From the IMG/VR virus record IMGVR_UViG_3300036832_000548, positions 18,592-82,591 of that record: a stretch of DNA of 64,000 bases; one strand, written 5' to 3'. Below, one piece after another: positions 38,911-48,427 of this stretch. Numbering within the stretch: position 1 is the stretch's first letter; each line of letters starts with the position of its first letter. The position numbers and the translations under genes are program-made. Origin of the DNA: a virus. Under the pieces are notes generated by a model. That model made no database searches, was not told the origin of the DNA, and saw only the letters and a program-made list of their open reading frames with translations.

Positions 38911-39412
38911 CGGTAGCAACGCACGGTTGACAGGTTGCCGCAGGGTGCCAGAGTCCGCGTGTCTGCAAGGGATGGGGGATTTCATGAGACTAGTCACCGG
39001 AATGCTTTTGCTCGCGTGCAGCTCGAGCGCGATGGCGGCTGACCAGTGCATCAGGTCGCTGCCTGATCACCGTCAAGGCCACTGGCACTATCGCTATCAG
39101 GATGGTGCCAAGTGCTGGTACGGGCCGGGAGCGGAGTCGATTCGACTCTCGCGCCGGGAGGATCGTGAGCAGCTCGAGCCGCGTAGGCACCGCGAGCCTG
39201 AGCGGACGGCACCGCCTACACCGGTCGCCAGCATTGCACAATATATAGAAGAAGAGCCTGACCAGCCGCTCGATCCAACGGTGAAGCGCGTGCGCGTGGA
39301 ACCGTTTCGGATGCCGCTCAGCTCAAGCCGGCGAATCCAGCAAACTTTTGAGCAGCTCGTTGACGCTTGCCAGTTAAGCATCGAGGCGTGCGAGCGATTT
39401 GTCGGTCGCTGA
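38903..39412 (+). CDS. Secreted hypothetical protein (start probably at about 38984)
   Basis: Signal peptide; C..GHWHYR..KCWY motif. Confidence 0.55.
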   Translation: MADGSNARLTGCRRVPESACLQGMGDFMRLVTGMLLLACSSSAMAADQCIRSLPDHRQGHWHYRYQDGAKCWYGPGAESIRLSRREDREQLEPRRHREPERTAPPTPVASIAQYIEEEPDQPLDPTVKRVRVEPFRMPLSSSRRIQQTFEQLVDACQLSIEACERFVGR

Positions 39413-39752
39413 TATGTCTATATCCAATGATAGGGCAACTGGGAGTTGACGATTCTCGCGTTAGCGTCAGGGTGGGGACGGTGGGACAGTTGCGTTGCTA
39501 GTGCGCTCTTGCCCTGCCTGCGGCGGGCGACCTGGGGCCTCGGGTAAGCCCGCCGTATCATTCTTTTGTCTTAACCCCATAGCTCCCGGTTCAATTGCGG
39601 AAGCATCGCCTTCCATCCACAGCATTTTTTGTCCGCAACAAAAGGTTGACCCTTATACCTTTCGATATACGGACAACGCCGTAGTTTTGCGCATAGAGTT
39701 GCCTCGATGGGATTCCACGGGGAGGGCGACCCCTCCAGAAAGAAGGAACTGA

Positions 39753-40460
39753 ATGAAGACTCTATTACTAGGTGCAGCCGCGCTTGCCGCGTTAGCGTTC
39801 GTGACGCCCGCAAGCGCGCAAAGCGAAAGCGTGACTATCGACCTGACTAACATCAACCTTCCCGGTACTACGTTCTCGGTCTCCGGTAGCGTGACTCAGA
39901 ATGGTACGGGCGGCCTCAATGTCAGTTTGGTCACTGACGGGTTCAACACGCCGGACCTATTCTTCCACGGTTCGACGGGTCATCCGACGTTGGGCTTCGA
40001 TCTGGGTGGCCTCGTTGCCGGTCTTGGTATCGTCAATGGCGATATCTCGATTGCCAACGCGACCTTCTTCGACCCGACCCACAACGTGACGACGACCGCC
40101 GTTCTCGGCATCGGCAGTCAGCAATACGATGGGTTCGGCAATTTCACGTTCAACCTCACTTGCGGTCTTGCCTGCCAAGCGTCGACCACGGACGTGACGA
40201 CGTTGAACTTCACCATCAAGGACAGCGACGGCAGCTTGCTGTTGGCGAACCTCGTCAACAACGGTAACGGCAATCTGTTCGGTCTGGACGTTTGGACTGA
40301 TCAGGGCGGCGCAGGTGGCAACACCGTCGCCACTGGCTTCGCAGCCGTGCAACTCGCTGCGGCGGTTCCAGAACCCGCGACATGGGGCATGATGCTGCTC
40401 GGCTTCATTGGCCTCGCGGCTGCGTTTCGCACACGTCGCCGGATAGCTGGCTTCGCCTAA
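39753..40460 (+). CDS. PEP-CTERM (PEPxxWA-type) exosortase-target protein 1
   Basis: Signal peptide ending ASA; VPEPATWGMMLLGF-TM-RTRRR. Confidence 0.9.
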   Translation: MKTLLLGAAALAALAFVTPASAQSESVTIDLTNINLPGTTFSVSGSVTQNGTGGLNVSLVTDGFNTPDLFFHGSTGHPTLGFDLGGLVAGLGIVNGDISIANATFFDPTHNVTTTAVLGIGSQQYDGFGNFTFNLTCGLACQASTTDVTTLNFTIKDSDGSLLLANLVNNGNGNLFGLDVWTDQGGAGGNTVATGFAAVQLAAAVPEPATWGMMLLGFIGLAAAFRTRRRIAGFA

Positions 40461-40530
40461 TAAGAAACGGGCATCGATATCGGGACGGGCGCACGCGCCC
40501 CTCCAGCTTCCCTCCACTTAATCGGGTGAC

Positions 40531-41181
40531 ATGATGAAGAAAATCTTACTTGCTAGCGTGTTTGCTTTGGCGGTCGGACCCGCCCTCGCAGACTCGATCC
40601 AACTGACGGCAACCGCCGATGGCGGCGTTCCTATTGTTATCAATAGCGCCGATGGTTCGCTCACTGTGACGAACCAAGCATTCGGTGTGTTCAACTTGAA
40701 CAGTCTGTCGATCAACAGTCAGACGTTCCTTGCGCCTCCGGGCGTGTTATCGTCCAACACGTTGGACGTTGATCAAGCCACGACCGGCACTCACACGCTG
40801 GCCCTCGACATCATTGCATCTGGTCTCTCTGGGCCGAATGCAGTTGAGAACTTTCTGTCGAGCTTCAGCGTGAGCGGCCAAACGGCAGGATGGTCAGTGA
40901 TCGAGCGAACAACGATCAACGGCAATCCGTTGGCGACCACTCCCTTGTTTACTGGCGTTAGCGACTCGGCGTTCAGCAACAATCTCGCGTTTGCTGGCAC
41001 GCTGTTCACCGCCGACGAGCACTATCTGATCACCAGCGTGGGCCAAGGCAGTTTCAACGGCGGCATCGACATCGCCGTTGGCGTTCCTGAGCCTGCGACT
41101 TGGGGTATGATGTTGCTAGGCTTCGTCGGCTTGGCTGCAGCGTTCCGCACACGTCGGCGGATGAGCCACGGCATCGCGTAG
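40531..41181 (+). CDS. PEP-CTERM (PEPxxWA-type) exosortase-target protein 2
   Basis: Signal peptide ending ALA; VPEPATWGMMLLGF-TM-RTRRR. Confidence 0.9.
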   Translation: MMKKILLASVFALAVGPALADSIQLTATADGGVPIVINSADGSLTVTNQAFGVFNLNSLSINSQTFLAPPGVLSSNTLDVDQATTGTHTLALDIIASGLSGPNAVENFLSSFSVSGQTAGWSVIERTTINGNPLATTPLFTGVSDSAFSNNLAFAGTLFTADEHYLITSVGQGSFNGGIDIAVGVPEPATWGMMLLGFVGLAAAFRTRRRMSHGIA

Positions 41182-41240
41182 GCTTTAGTAACTTTCACTA
41201 CGCGACACCTCGCCGGGAGCCCACCGCTCCCGGCATTTTT

Positions 41241-41600
41241 ATGAGGCCCGCAATGTTATGGACTTACTCTCTGATCTTCTGCGCGGTCGTGGGCGCGCTC
41301 ATCATCTGGAAAATGTTTCAAGGCGAGAAGCGCATCGAGCTTCCGCGCTCGACGGGAACACCGCGATCGAACGAAGCTGGCAGCATCCTCTCCCGCAACG
41401 AGTGTCCGGTCTGCCGACAGGCAGGCGCGGATTTCTACTATGGCCCAGTCAATCCTGAGTTCCGCGTGCTGTATTGTGCAAACCCGGAGTGCCGCACGAC
41501 CTTCAAGGTCGAGAACTACGGCGGCGGTCGCGTCTATGCGGACATCGATGACGATGAAGCGCCAGCGTACCTGTACGGGCTGACTAAGCGGCGGTCCTAG
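41241..41600 (+). CDS. Membrane-anchored Zn-ribbon protein
   Basis: TM helix then CPVC..CANPEC. Confidence 0.6.
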   Translation: MRPAMLWTYSLIFCAVVGALIIWKMFQGEKRIELPRSTGTPRSNEAGSILSRNECPVCRQAGADFYYGPVNPEFRVLYCANPECRTTFKVENYGGGRVYADIDDDEAPAYLYGLTKRRS

Positions 41601-41829
41601 CTCGCCTCAGCCAGCCCGTGCCTTGGGGACCGGGCTGGCTGCTTCTGGGGCGGGCATTCGTCATGGGGTGGGGGTGGATATGACGCCTGCTGCTTCCATC
41701 AAGCCGCAGGACTCAAGGGGGGCGAGATTCCTGCGACCGCGAACAGTGTAACACGGATTCGCGCTGTTCCAACCACAGGTTGACATTCGCACACGAAAAT
41801 TCCACCCTGACAATCGAGGCTAATCCCCC

Positions 41830-42819
41830 ATGAGCGATTCTGCTGTCGAGAAGGCAATCACGAACTGCCGCGCAGGTGTTGAGCAAGCCGCGACCGGCAC
41901 GCGCGCCATTGAGAAGGCGCACGCTGACCTCAAGCCCATAGTGTTCCGCAGCCAGCCCGTGGGCCTCGCGATCGCCATGGGCGACTTGGAGCGTCAGCGC
42001 AACACGACGATCCGCGGCATGCTGCTGGCCAATGCCAAGGAGGCTGTCAGGCTTGACCGCCGCCCCGCTGCTGGCTTGGCCTTCTGCCAACTCCGTGAGA
42101 CCTTTGAGCGGCCCAGCGAGTGGCTGGCGTTTCTGCAGATGAACCTTGCTCCGCTACAGCTCACCAAGGTCGAGGCCCTGATGGGCGAGGTCCGGTTCCG
42201 GGGTGCGCTGATGACCTGCTCGCATCCGGGGTGTGACTGCACGGTCAAGGCACCCTGCTCCCACGGCAAGCCTTATATCGTTGACGGGTCGTGGCCTGAC
42301 GATACCGCCGTTGTGCCTGCAGCGCTTGTGACGACCGCCGCCATGGATCGCGCCCTTGAGGCCATCAAGGCTGACCGGAATAAGAGTAACCGTTTGATCG
42401 CACGAGAGATCGGCGCTTCTGAGTTCCTTGTCCGCAAGGCCCGCAAGGCAATCGCACCCGCAATCGCAGTTGCAGACGAGACGGCCCGCATCGGGCAGGA
42501 CGGTCGCGCTCGCCGCGCGCCCAAGCGCGGTCAGGGTTGGCAGGTCTTGCCCCCGGAAGGCCAAGGGGAATGCGATTACAATCCTGAATTTGAGCCAGCG
42601 TTCGACGGCATGTCTGACGCTGAGCTTCGCCAGCAGGCCCACAAGGCGCAGATGGCTGAGGCTGAGCGTCTGGGGCAGGAAGGTGCTTTTTTGCGCGCCG
42701 GCACCAAGAAAGGCGAGATCAACCGGGCGCGCCTGAAGGAGGTGCGGCGGGCGATCAGGTCATTGAAGACGTACTACGACAGGCTGCTCGAAATCGGAGA
42801 GATAAAGAAAGGGTCGTAA
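41830..42819 (+). CDS. Hypothetical DNA-binding protein (Cys cluster plus HTH)
   Basis: KSNRLIAREIGASEFLVRKAR HTH; TTGACA upstream. Confidence 0.65.
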   Translation: MSDSAVEKAITNCRAGVEQAATGTRAIEKAHADLKPIVFRSQPVGLAIAMGDLERQRNTTIRGMLLANAKEAVRLDRRPAAGLAFCQLRETFERPSEWLAFLQMNLAPLQLTKVEALMGEVRFRGALMTCSHPGCDCTVKAPCSHGKPYIVDGSWPDDTAVVPAALVTTAAMDRALEAIKADRNKSNRLIAREIGASEFLVRKARKAIAPAIAVADETARIGQDGRARRAPKRGQGWQVLPPEGQGECDYNPEFEPAFDGMSDAELRQQAHKAQMAEAERLGQEGAFLRAGTKKGEINRARLKEVRRAIRSLKTYYDRLLEIGEIKKGS

Positions 42820-42836
42820 CCAGAGAGGAGGCGCCG

Positions 42837-43412
42837 ATGGCGCGACAAAAGTACAAGAAGCTCTACACGGCTGACGATTGCTCGACGCACGTCTGGGCGC
42901 TCGTCAAAGACGCGCGGGAGAACGTCGAGTTCACGCTCAAGCTCGACGCCGCGTTCATCCAGGACTCGCGGCGCGGCGTGCCGTGGAAATGCCTGCTGGC
43001 CAACGGCACGGCTGCTATCGCCCATAGCGGTCACAATCCGTTCAGCCATCCGGTCAAGTTCGTTTACGTCGAGGGGTCGCACCTCTACGTCCTGACCCGC
43101 GTGTCAGGCCGCAACCGGCGTGAGTATCCGCTGGCCATGCGATATCGCCACAATTTCACAAAGACCTTGCGGCAATTCGACAACATGACCAAGGCCCAGT
43201 TTGTGGAGCTGTTTGGCGATGCGGGTGTACAGATCAGGCTGAAGCCACCCATCCGCCATCAGCGCAGTGCGGAGCAGACTGAGAGCCGCCAGCAGCCCGC
43301 GCGTGCGCCCTCGACTGAGCGCAGGCTGGTTGGGGCCATGCGGCGCGCCCGTGACGCGGGCCTGCTCAACCTTGAGCACCTTGGCGGGCCTAGCCCTGCC
43401 ACGGCGGCCTGA
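42837..43412 (+). CDS. Hypothetical protein
   Basis: GAGGAGG RBS. Confidence 0.7.
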   Translation: MARQKYKKLYTADDCSTHVWALVKDARENVEFTLKLDAAFIQDSRRGVPWKCLLANGTAAIAHSGHNPFSHPVKFVYVEGSHLYVLTRVSGRNRREYPLAMRYRHNFTKTLRQFDNMTKAQFVELFGDAGVQIRLKPPIRHQRSAEQTESRQQPARAPSTERRLVGAMRRARDAGLLNLEHLGGPSPATAA

Positions 43413-43445
43413 CGACCCTCTCCCGGAGGGGAGGTGCGGCGGTGA

Positions 43446-43476
43446 ACCGGGTGCCCGAAAGGGTGCCCGGTTTTTT
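43446..43476 (+). terminator. Intrinsic terminator
   Basis: ACCGGGTGCCC-GAAA-GGGTGCCCGGT hairpin followed by a T run. Confidence 0.75.
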
Positions 43477-43494
43477 ATGGGGAGAGAGACGTAT

Positions 43495-43598
43495 CGTCTC
43501 GGCCAAGGCGCTCTTGATACCCATGTCCCGGATGCCGAGACGGGCCGCCATCGGCCACAAGGGGAATGATGCCCACCTGCTTGATGCCGGTGGCGGCC
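43495..43598 (+). ncRNA. Orphan TIGR-like guide doublet (2 dual-spacer stem-loop units)
   Basis: CGTCTCGGC-CA-N9-TGATACCCA-N9-T-GCCGAGACG then GGCCGCCATCGGC-CA-N9-TGATGCCCA-N9-T-GCCGGTGGCGGCC. Confidence 0.8.
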
Positions 43599-43942
43599 AC
43601 CTAAAAGAACGAGCCGACCTCCGGGGCGTTAAGAGGCCGGCTCGTCCTGCTTGGTAACCCGGCTGGTCGAGGGCTGGGCAACCGCGGGGATCATCGCACC
43701 GGCGCGGCTGTGTTGTCTAGGCCTATCCCTGCCGTTGCCGGCCCATCCACAAGAAACAAACGTAGACCCGACATTTGGCCCGACAGAAACTGGAAAGGTT
43801 GGTGTATTCAAGGTGTTGAAGCACCCTATAAGGGCGAAATAGACCATCAATCGCTGCCCATCGCTGCCAAAAGCATTGTGATTGCAATGGGACTTATTAT
43901 CTGGTCTGATGTCAGCAACCACCGACCCGACAAGGACCAGAC

Positions 43943-45136
43943 ATGGATAAGATCGATACCAAGGGCGCCCGCGAGAAGCTCCCCGCACGCGGGCGCGCAT
44001 ACTTCCTAAACACTGTCGCCAGTGGCATCACGCTGGGCTATCGCCGCCTGCCGGCTGGCCCTGGCTCCTGGCTCATTCGTAAGGCCGACGGCAAGGGCGG
44101 GGCCGTCCTCGTCACCTTCGCCAAGGCGGACGACCTGGTGCCAGCCGACGGCAAAACCATCCTCGACTTTGATCAAGCCCTCTTGCGAGCCCGCGAGGTT
44201 GCGGTCGACCTCATGAGCGACGTTGGCCCGCTGTCTATCGACAGGGCACTCACCGACTTTGCCAACGATCTGGCTGGCCGCGATTCGAACCCCGATAATG
44301 CCCGCCGCGTTCGCAAGCATTTGTCCTCGACTATGCTTGCCAAGCCCGTGGGCGCGCTCACCGCGCGCGAGCTTAAGCGATGGCGTGACGATCTCCTGAA
44401 GAAGATGACGCGGCCGACGGCCGTACGAACAATCAAGATGTTCCGCGCCGCGCTTAATCTCGCTGCCGATCTCGATAGCAAAATCACCAACCGCAATGAC
44501 TGGCGGATCGGCCTTAAGACGCGAGACGACTATCGGCCGGTTGATCGGGTACTTGAGGATGATCAGGTGCTACAGCTGATCGACGCGGCCTATGCGTTCG
44601 ACTATCAGTACGGCTTGCTGCTTGAGGTGTTGGCGTTCACCGGAACGCGCACCAAGCAGGCGACGCGCCTGATGGTCAGCGATCTTGATATCGCTGACAA
44701 GGACAAGCCGCGCCTGATGATGCCCGTGAGCCGCAAAGGCAAGTATCGCAAGACCGAGGTCAATCGGTCGATCCCGATTCCTGTCGATCTCGCTGGCAGG
44801 CTGCGTGCAGCTGCTGGCACTCGGCCGCGCAATACAGCGTTACTAGTCGACGGCAAGGGCAACCCGTGGAAACCGGCCGGCAACGAGATACGCAGGATGT
44901 GGAAGCGCGTCGCCGAGCAAGGCGGAATCAAAGAAACCATGTACGCCCTGCGGCACTCGTTCATCACGCGCAGTCTTAAGGCTGGCATTCCGCCAAGCGT
45001 GCTGGCGAACAGCGTCGACACATCGGTGGCAATGATCGAGAAAACCTATGGGCGCTTCGTCGCCAATCATGCGGACGACATCATGCGTCGTGCCCTGCTG
45101 CCATCAAGCAAGAGGATCCTTCGGATTGTGCCGTAG
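43943..45136 (+). CDS. int: Tyrosine recombinase/integrase
   Basis: Arm-binding N-terminus; TGTR, YALRHS, EKTYG catalytic motifs. Confidence 0.9.
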   Translation: MDKIDTKGAREKLPARGRAYFLNTVASGITLGYRRLPAGPGSWLIRKADGKGGAVLVTFAKADDLVPADGKTILDFDQALLRAREVAVDLMSDVGPLSIDRALTDFANDLAGRDSNPDNARRVRKHLSSTMLAKPVGALTARELKRWRDDLLKKMTRPTAVRTIKMFRAALNLAADLDSKITNRNDWRIGLKTRDDYRPVDRVLEDDQVLQLIDAAYAFDYQYGLLLEVLAFTGTRTKQATRLMVSDLDIADKDKPRLMMPVSRKGKYRKTEVNRSIPIPVDLAGRLRAAAGTRPRNTALLVDGKGNPWKPAGNEIRRMWKRVAEQGGIKETMYALRHSFITRSLKAGIPPSVLANSVDTSVAMIEKTYGRFVANHADDIMRRALLPSSKRILRIVP

Positions 45137-45334
45137 CCGCTCAATGCGGCGGGCCCACTCCGCGTCGGCCTCGCGTGTAATGCTGATCTTCCCGCCTCGC
45201 GACAGTTGCACAATAGCTGGCGCGAGGCCTTTCTTTTGTAACTTCGTGAACCGGGTGCGCGAGACACGCCGCTTCACCAGCCATTCGGCCAATGTGTAGT
45301 CGCGGTCAGCCGCGATGGCCTCTTTTTTTGGCAC
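45104..45334 (-). CDS. Excisionase/AlpA-like DNA-binding protein
   Basis: YTLAEW..VSRTRFTKL.K.GLAP..ISITREADAEW; convergent on the integrase. Confidence 0.7.
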   Translation of the reverse strand: MPKKEAIAADRDYTLAEWLVKRRVSRTRFTKLQKKGLAPAIVQLSRGGKISITREADAEWARRIERLRHNPKDPLA

Positions 45335-45554
45335 GTTTCCGTCCTTTCCGCTTGATTCTCGCTTGTCTCAATCTCGTCGCGTAGCCGCCCATCATCTCAT
45401 CGTTGATGCGACCGCTCGTCTGCCACCAATCCTTGGCTATTTTTGCGCGCTTGCCCTCAAACAAACCGCCGCAACCGCCGCAATAAAAATTGCCGTTGAG
45501 TTCCAGCGGGAGCTGCAGGGCTCGCCGCAGATCGCAGGCGCAGATCGCGGTCAT
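45306..45554 (-). CDS. Small Zn-finger protein
   Basis: CAC..CGGC. Confidence 0.45.
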   Translation of the reverse strand: MTAICACDLRRALQLPLELNGNFYCGGCGGLFEGKRAKIAKDWWQTSGRINDEMMGGYATRLRQARIKRKGRKRAKKRGHRG

Positions 45555-45806
45555 CGCTTCAGCCCTTTGCGTTGCCGCCGCTTCGGTGCCGTCGCTTCCA
45601 AATGCCGACTTGCAAGTGCAGCGAACACGCGCAGCTGTTCGTGCAACTCGCGCGGATACATCACGACGATGCGTTGCTTGCGGCCTTTGCCGATGGTCCG
45701 TACTTTGATTGTTTCATTGTCGCTATTCATCGGAACACCGTCAGCGACGCGATCGCGACCAGCAAAAGCGCCAGCACGATCAGCACCAATGCGAGCTGCA
45801 TCCCCA

Positions 45807-45998
45807 TCACTGTTTCACCGGTCTGAGAATGTTGAACATCGGTTCCTCGCACGCTTCGCAGTAAACCCACATCACGCCACCGCCATCGGCCCACAAGATT
45901 AGCGGCACATGCTCCTCAGGAATTTCCTTGCCGCATTTCGAGCACAGGTCCGTGTGCTTGCGCGGCGTGCCGAGGGTTCGATGTGGATCATCCATCAC
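45807..45998 (-). CDS. Small Zn-finger protein
   Basis: CSKC..CEAC; ATGA overlap. Confidence 0.55.
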   Translation of the reverse strand: MMDDPHRTLGTPRKHTDLCSKCGKEIPEEHVPLILWADGGGVMWVYCEACEEPMFNILRPVKQ

Positions 45999-46216
45999 CC
46001 TAGCTCGCTCTCGTCGCAGGCCACGTAGGCGTCGGGAGCTGGCACGATGGGCTCAAGGCCAACGTCAATCCGCTGCGGATTAACGCGGTCGACGCATGCC
46101 CGACAAATCGGCTTGCGGTCACCCTGGTGTCGAATGCTAGGCACCCGCATCGGGTTGTAGCTGAAAATGCGGTGGCATCCGAAGCACTCGGACGTGCACA
46201 AAGCGTAGCCCATCAT
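45995..46216 (-). CDS. Small Zn-finger protein
   Basis: CFGC..CRAC. Confidence 0.6.
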   Translation of the reverse strand: MMGYALCTSECFGCHRIFSYNPMRVPSIRHQGDRKPICRACVDRVNPQRIDVGLEPIVPAPDAYVACDESELG

Positions 46217-46488
46217 GCACGTCCCTTCATTTCCGGCTGGCCTTCGAAGCGTTTAATCATTTCCTTGAAAAGCACGACTACATCGCGACGATCAGCACCA
46301 TTGCTGATGAAATTGCACCGGTCGCCCTCTTTGCGGACGCCGTACTCATACACGAGCAACACGAAGCCTACCTTGCGATCCTTGCCCTTGGCCTCGCCGT
46401 TGAAAAACCCGTCGAGCACTTGCGCGACGGCATTCATCTGCGCGATATATTCCGGGTCAATTGGAGCGTCGCCTAATCGTTCTGCCAT
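46213..46488 (-). CDS. Conserved phage hypothetical protein
   Basis: GFVLLV..NFISNGADR.DVV..FKE..RFEG; AGGA RBS. Confidence 0.7.
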   Translation of the reverse strand: MAERLGDAPIDPEYIAQMNAVAQVLDGFFNGEAKGKDRKVGFVLLVYEYGVRKEGDRCNFISNGADRRDVVVLFKEMIKRFEGQPEMKGRA

Positions 46489-46697
46489 GCTGGCTTTCCT
46501 TTCTTATGCCGGGCCTCGTGGGCTTTTGATTTCCCGGTTATCGCTTTTCTGTCGCATCCCACTTGAAGCAAGTCCTTGCACTACGCCTTGGACTTGCATC
46601 GCCCTGACTACCTTGCGGTAGAGCGTAGCGGCGTGAACTGTTCCGGCGACGCCCATCGGTACGCTTGGCGGTTAACCGTGAGCGCCGCCGGCAAGGG

Positions 46698-46973
46698 TCA
46701 GTCTCTCGTCCGACCCAAGATCTTTCGTCTCCAATAACTGCGATTCCTCAACACATCCTTAACTTTCTCCTGATTTGTAATTTTGTCCCATTCTTCGAAT
46801 GTCGGCTCGCGCAGCGTTTGGTCCGCGTTATAGATCGAGATCAGCCCGCAATAGACACACATTGAAATGTCGCCTTCCCCTGGCACCGTTCCGTCTTCCA
46901 TCGGTCGCGCCCGTTCAAGTGGCTCATTGCACTTGCGGCATCGACTGAGCGGGACATCCAAGCTCTCGCTCAT
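46698..46973 (-). CDS. Small Zn-finger protein
   Basis: CRKC..PGEGDISMCVYCG. Confidence 0.6.
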   Translation of the reverse strand: MSESLDVPLSRCRKCNEPLERARPMEDGTVPGEGDISMCVYCGLISIYNADQTLREPTFEEWDKITNQEKVKDVLRNRSYWRRKILGRTRD

Positions 46974-47152
46974 GGTCGTCCCATGCGCGCTTTGACCTCT
47001 GTCGGTTCATCGAGCACATATTTAACCGCTGGTCTGCCGCATTCGCATTTTCCCCACACATTGTCCTCGCACCACTGGCGACCATCAGGGTTTTTGCAAT
47101 CGTCGCACCACGGTTGCAGCCAGATGGTTTTGTGTTCGGTCATGGGGTTCAT
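46970..47152 (-). CDS. Small Cys-rich protein
   Basis: IWLQPWC..RQWCEDNVW. Confidence 0.55.
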   Translation of the reverse strand: MNPMTEHKTIWLQPWCDDCKNPDGRQWCEDNVWGKCECGRPAVKYVLDEPTEVKARMGRP

Positions 47153-47312
47153 TTGCTCACCAACTCAATCTCGGCGCGCAGCCGGTCAATTAGCTTTTGT
47201 TGCTCCTGTCCCCACGCCCATAGGTCGTGGATCAATACCGCCGCAGTCGAAAAGGCCATGTGATGCGGCAATTCCCGCTCCACCCGCTTGCGCAAGTCGT
47301 CCATCTTGTCGC

Positions 47313-47717
47313 TCATGCGCGCTCCTTAAACCATGGCGCGATGCGCTCGCCGTTGTAGTAGATGCGATAAGGCTCGGCGTCTTTTTCCTCGATCACATAA
47401 GCCACGCATTCCGCAAATCCTATGCGATGCAAGGCACGCAGCCGGTGGTGCCCGTCGATCAGCCAATCCTTTCCGCCGTCGCCAACAAGGATCAGCGGCG
47501 GCGCATCTCCCATGTGATCTGTGGCTAGCGAGCGGACTTTGGCTGGATCGACCTCGACGCGCTTGTTGTGCTCATAAAGCTCCCGCACATCGACCAAATA
47601 GAGTTTGTGCTTGCCAGCTTGGCAATCGTTCTTGGCCCGCGTTACGTTCCAACTGCCGACATCAGAGTCAAATGTCTCATCGCCAAGCTTCATGTTGGAC
47701 ACGATCAAGGGCTTCAT
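47313..47717 (-). CDS. ParB/Srx N-terminal-like domain protein
   Basis: PPLILV..WLIDGHHRLRA motif; GAGG RBS. Confidence 0.75.
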   Translation of the reverse strand: MKPLIVSNMKLGDETFDSDVGSWNVTRAKNDCQAGKHKLYLVDVRELYEHNKRVEVDPAKVRSLATDHMGDAPPLILVGDGGKDWLIDGHHRLRALHRIGFAECVAYVIEEKDAEPYRIYYNGERIAPWFKERA

Positions 47718-47890
47718 CGTTGTTGCACCTCATGCACTACCATTATGTCCTCGCGGATTTCTTCCTCTTTGGTAGGCGTGCAGCGCCAAGCGCGGCGGAT
47801 GGCATCGTCCTGATCATCGGCCTCGATCCGGTAAGTGCGGCGCACCAGCGCATTGATGACGACGTGCCAATGTTTCATCAGTCTTCGTCC

Positions 47891-48319
47891 TCAGTGTCGT
47901 TCGTGCGCCAAGGTTTTGTATCGTTCAAGCCATTGCTCGTAAGACACTGACCTATACAACTGTTTCATTTGCCAGATCGCACAAGCAACGCCGCTTGCAG
48001 GATCAGTAATTTCCAGACCACTGTCTTCAACCGGATGATACGGAGTGGCACCGATTGAACGCGACACCCACACCAATCCGATTCGCGCCCTTCGCATCGA
48101 AGATAGTTTGTCAAACAGTCCAGTCGGTTCAGCCAATTTCCACAGCTGCCAATCGCTCAGGCCTGAAACGGACTGCAGTGTTTCATAAGTCCATTTCTCT
48201 TGGGCGAGCACACGTTTGGCTCGCGGCCTTTTTGCCCCGGAGCGACTGGGTTTGCTGTGGCTTTGAAACGGCAACGGTCGATGAGAGAACAGATCATCGT
48301 CGTCGCTGCGGTCTTTCAT
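47891..48319 (-). CDS. Hypothetical protein (possible winged helix)
   Basis: GAGG RBS before ATG 48319. Confidence 0.5.
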   Translation of the reverse strand: MKDRSDDDDLFSHRPLPFQSHSKPSRSGAKRPRAKRVLAQEKWTYETLQSVSGLSDWQLWKLAEPTGLFDKLSSMRRARIGLVWVSRSIGATPYHPVEDSGLEITDPASGVACAIWQMKQLYRSVSYEQWLERYKTLAHERH

Positions 48320-48427
48320 TGCCTGCCTCGTATTTGAACCGCCGCCGCCACGGGGGACTGAACAAACAGATTCCATGACGACGGCGGCCACAGCCACGAC
48401 ACGCACTTGTGAGGGTACAAGCCGCAG

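Noticed and set aside
42562-42571. Match of orphan spacer CAAGGGGAA (likewise TACGAGCTC at 58561) as a self-target
   Set aside because: Only one 9-nt half matches, which is expected by chance with 68 spacers. No full bipartite self-target was found by eye, though an exhaustive search was not possible
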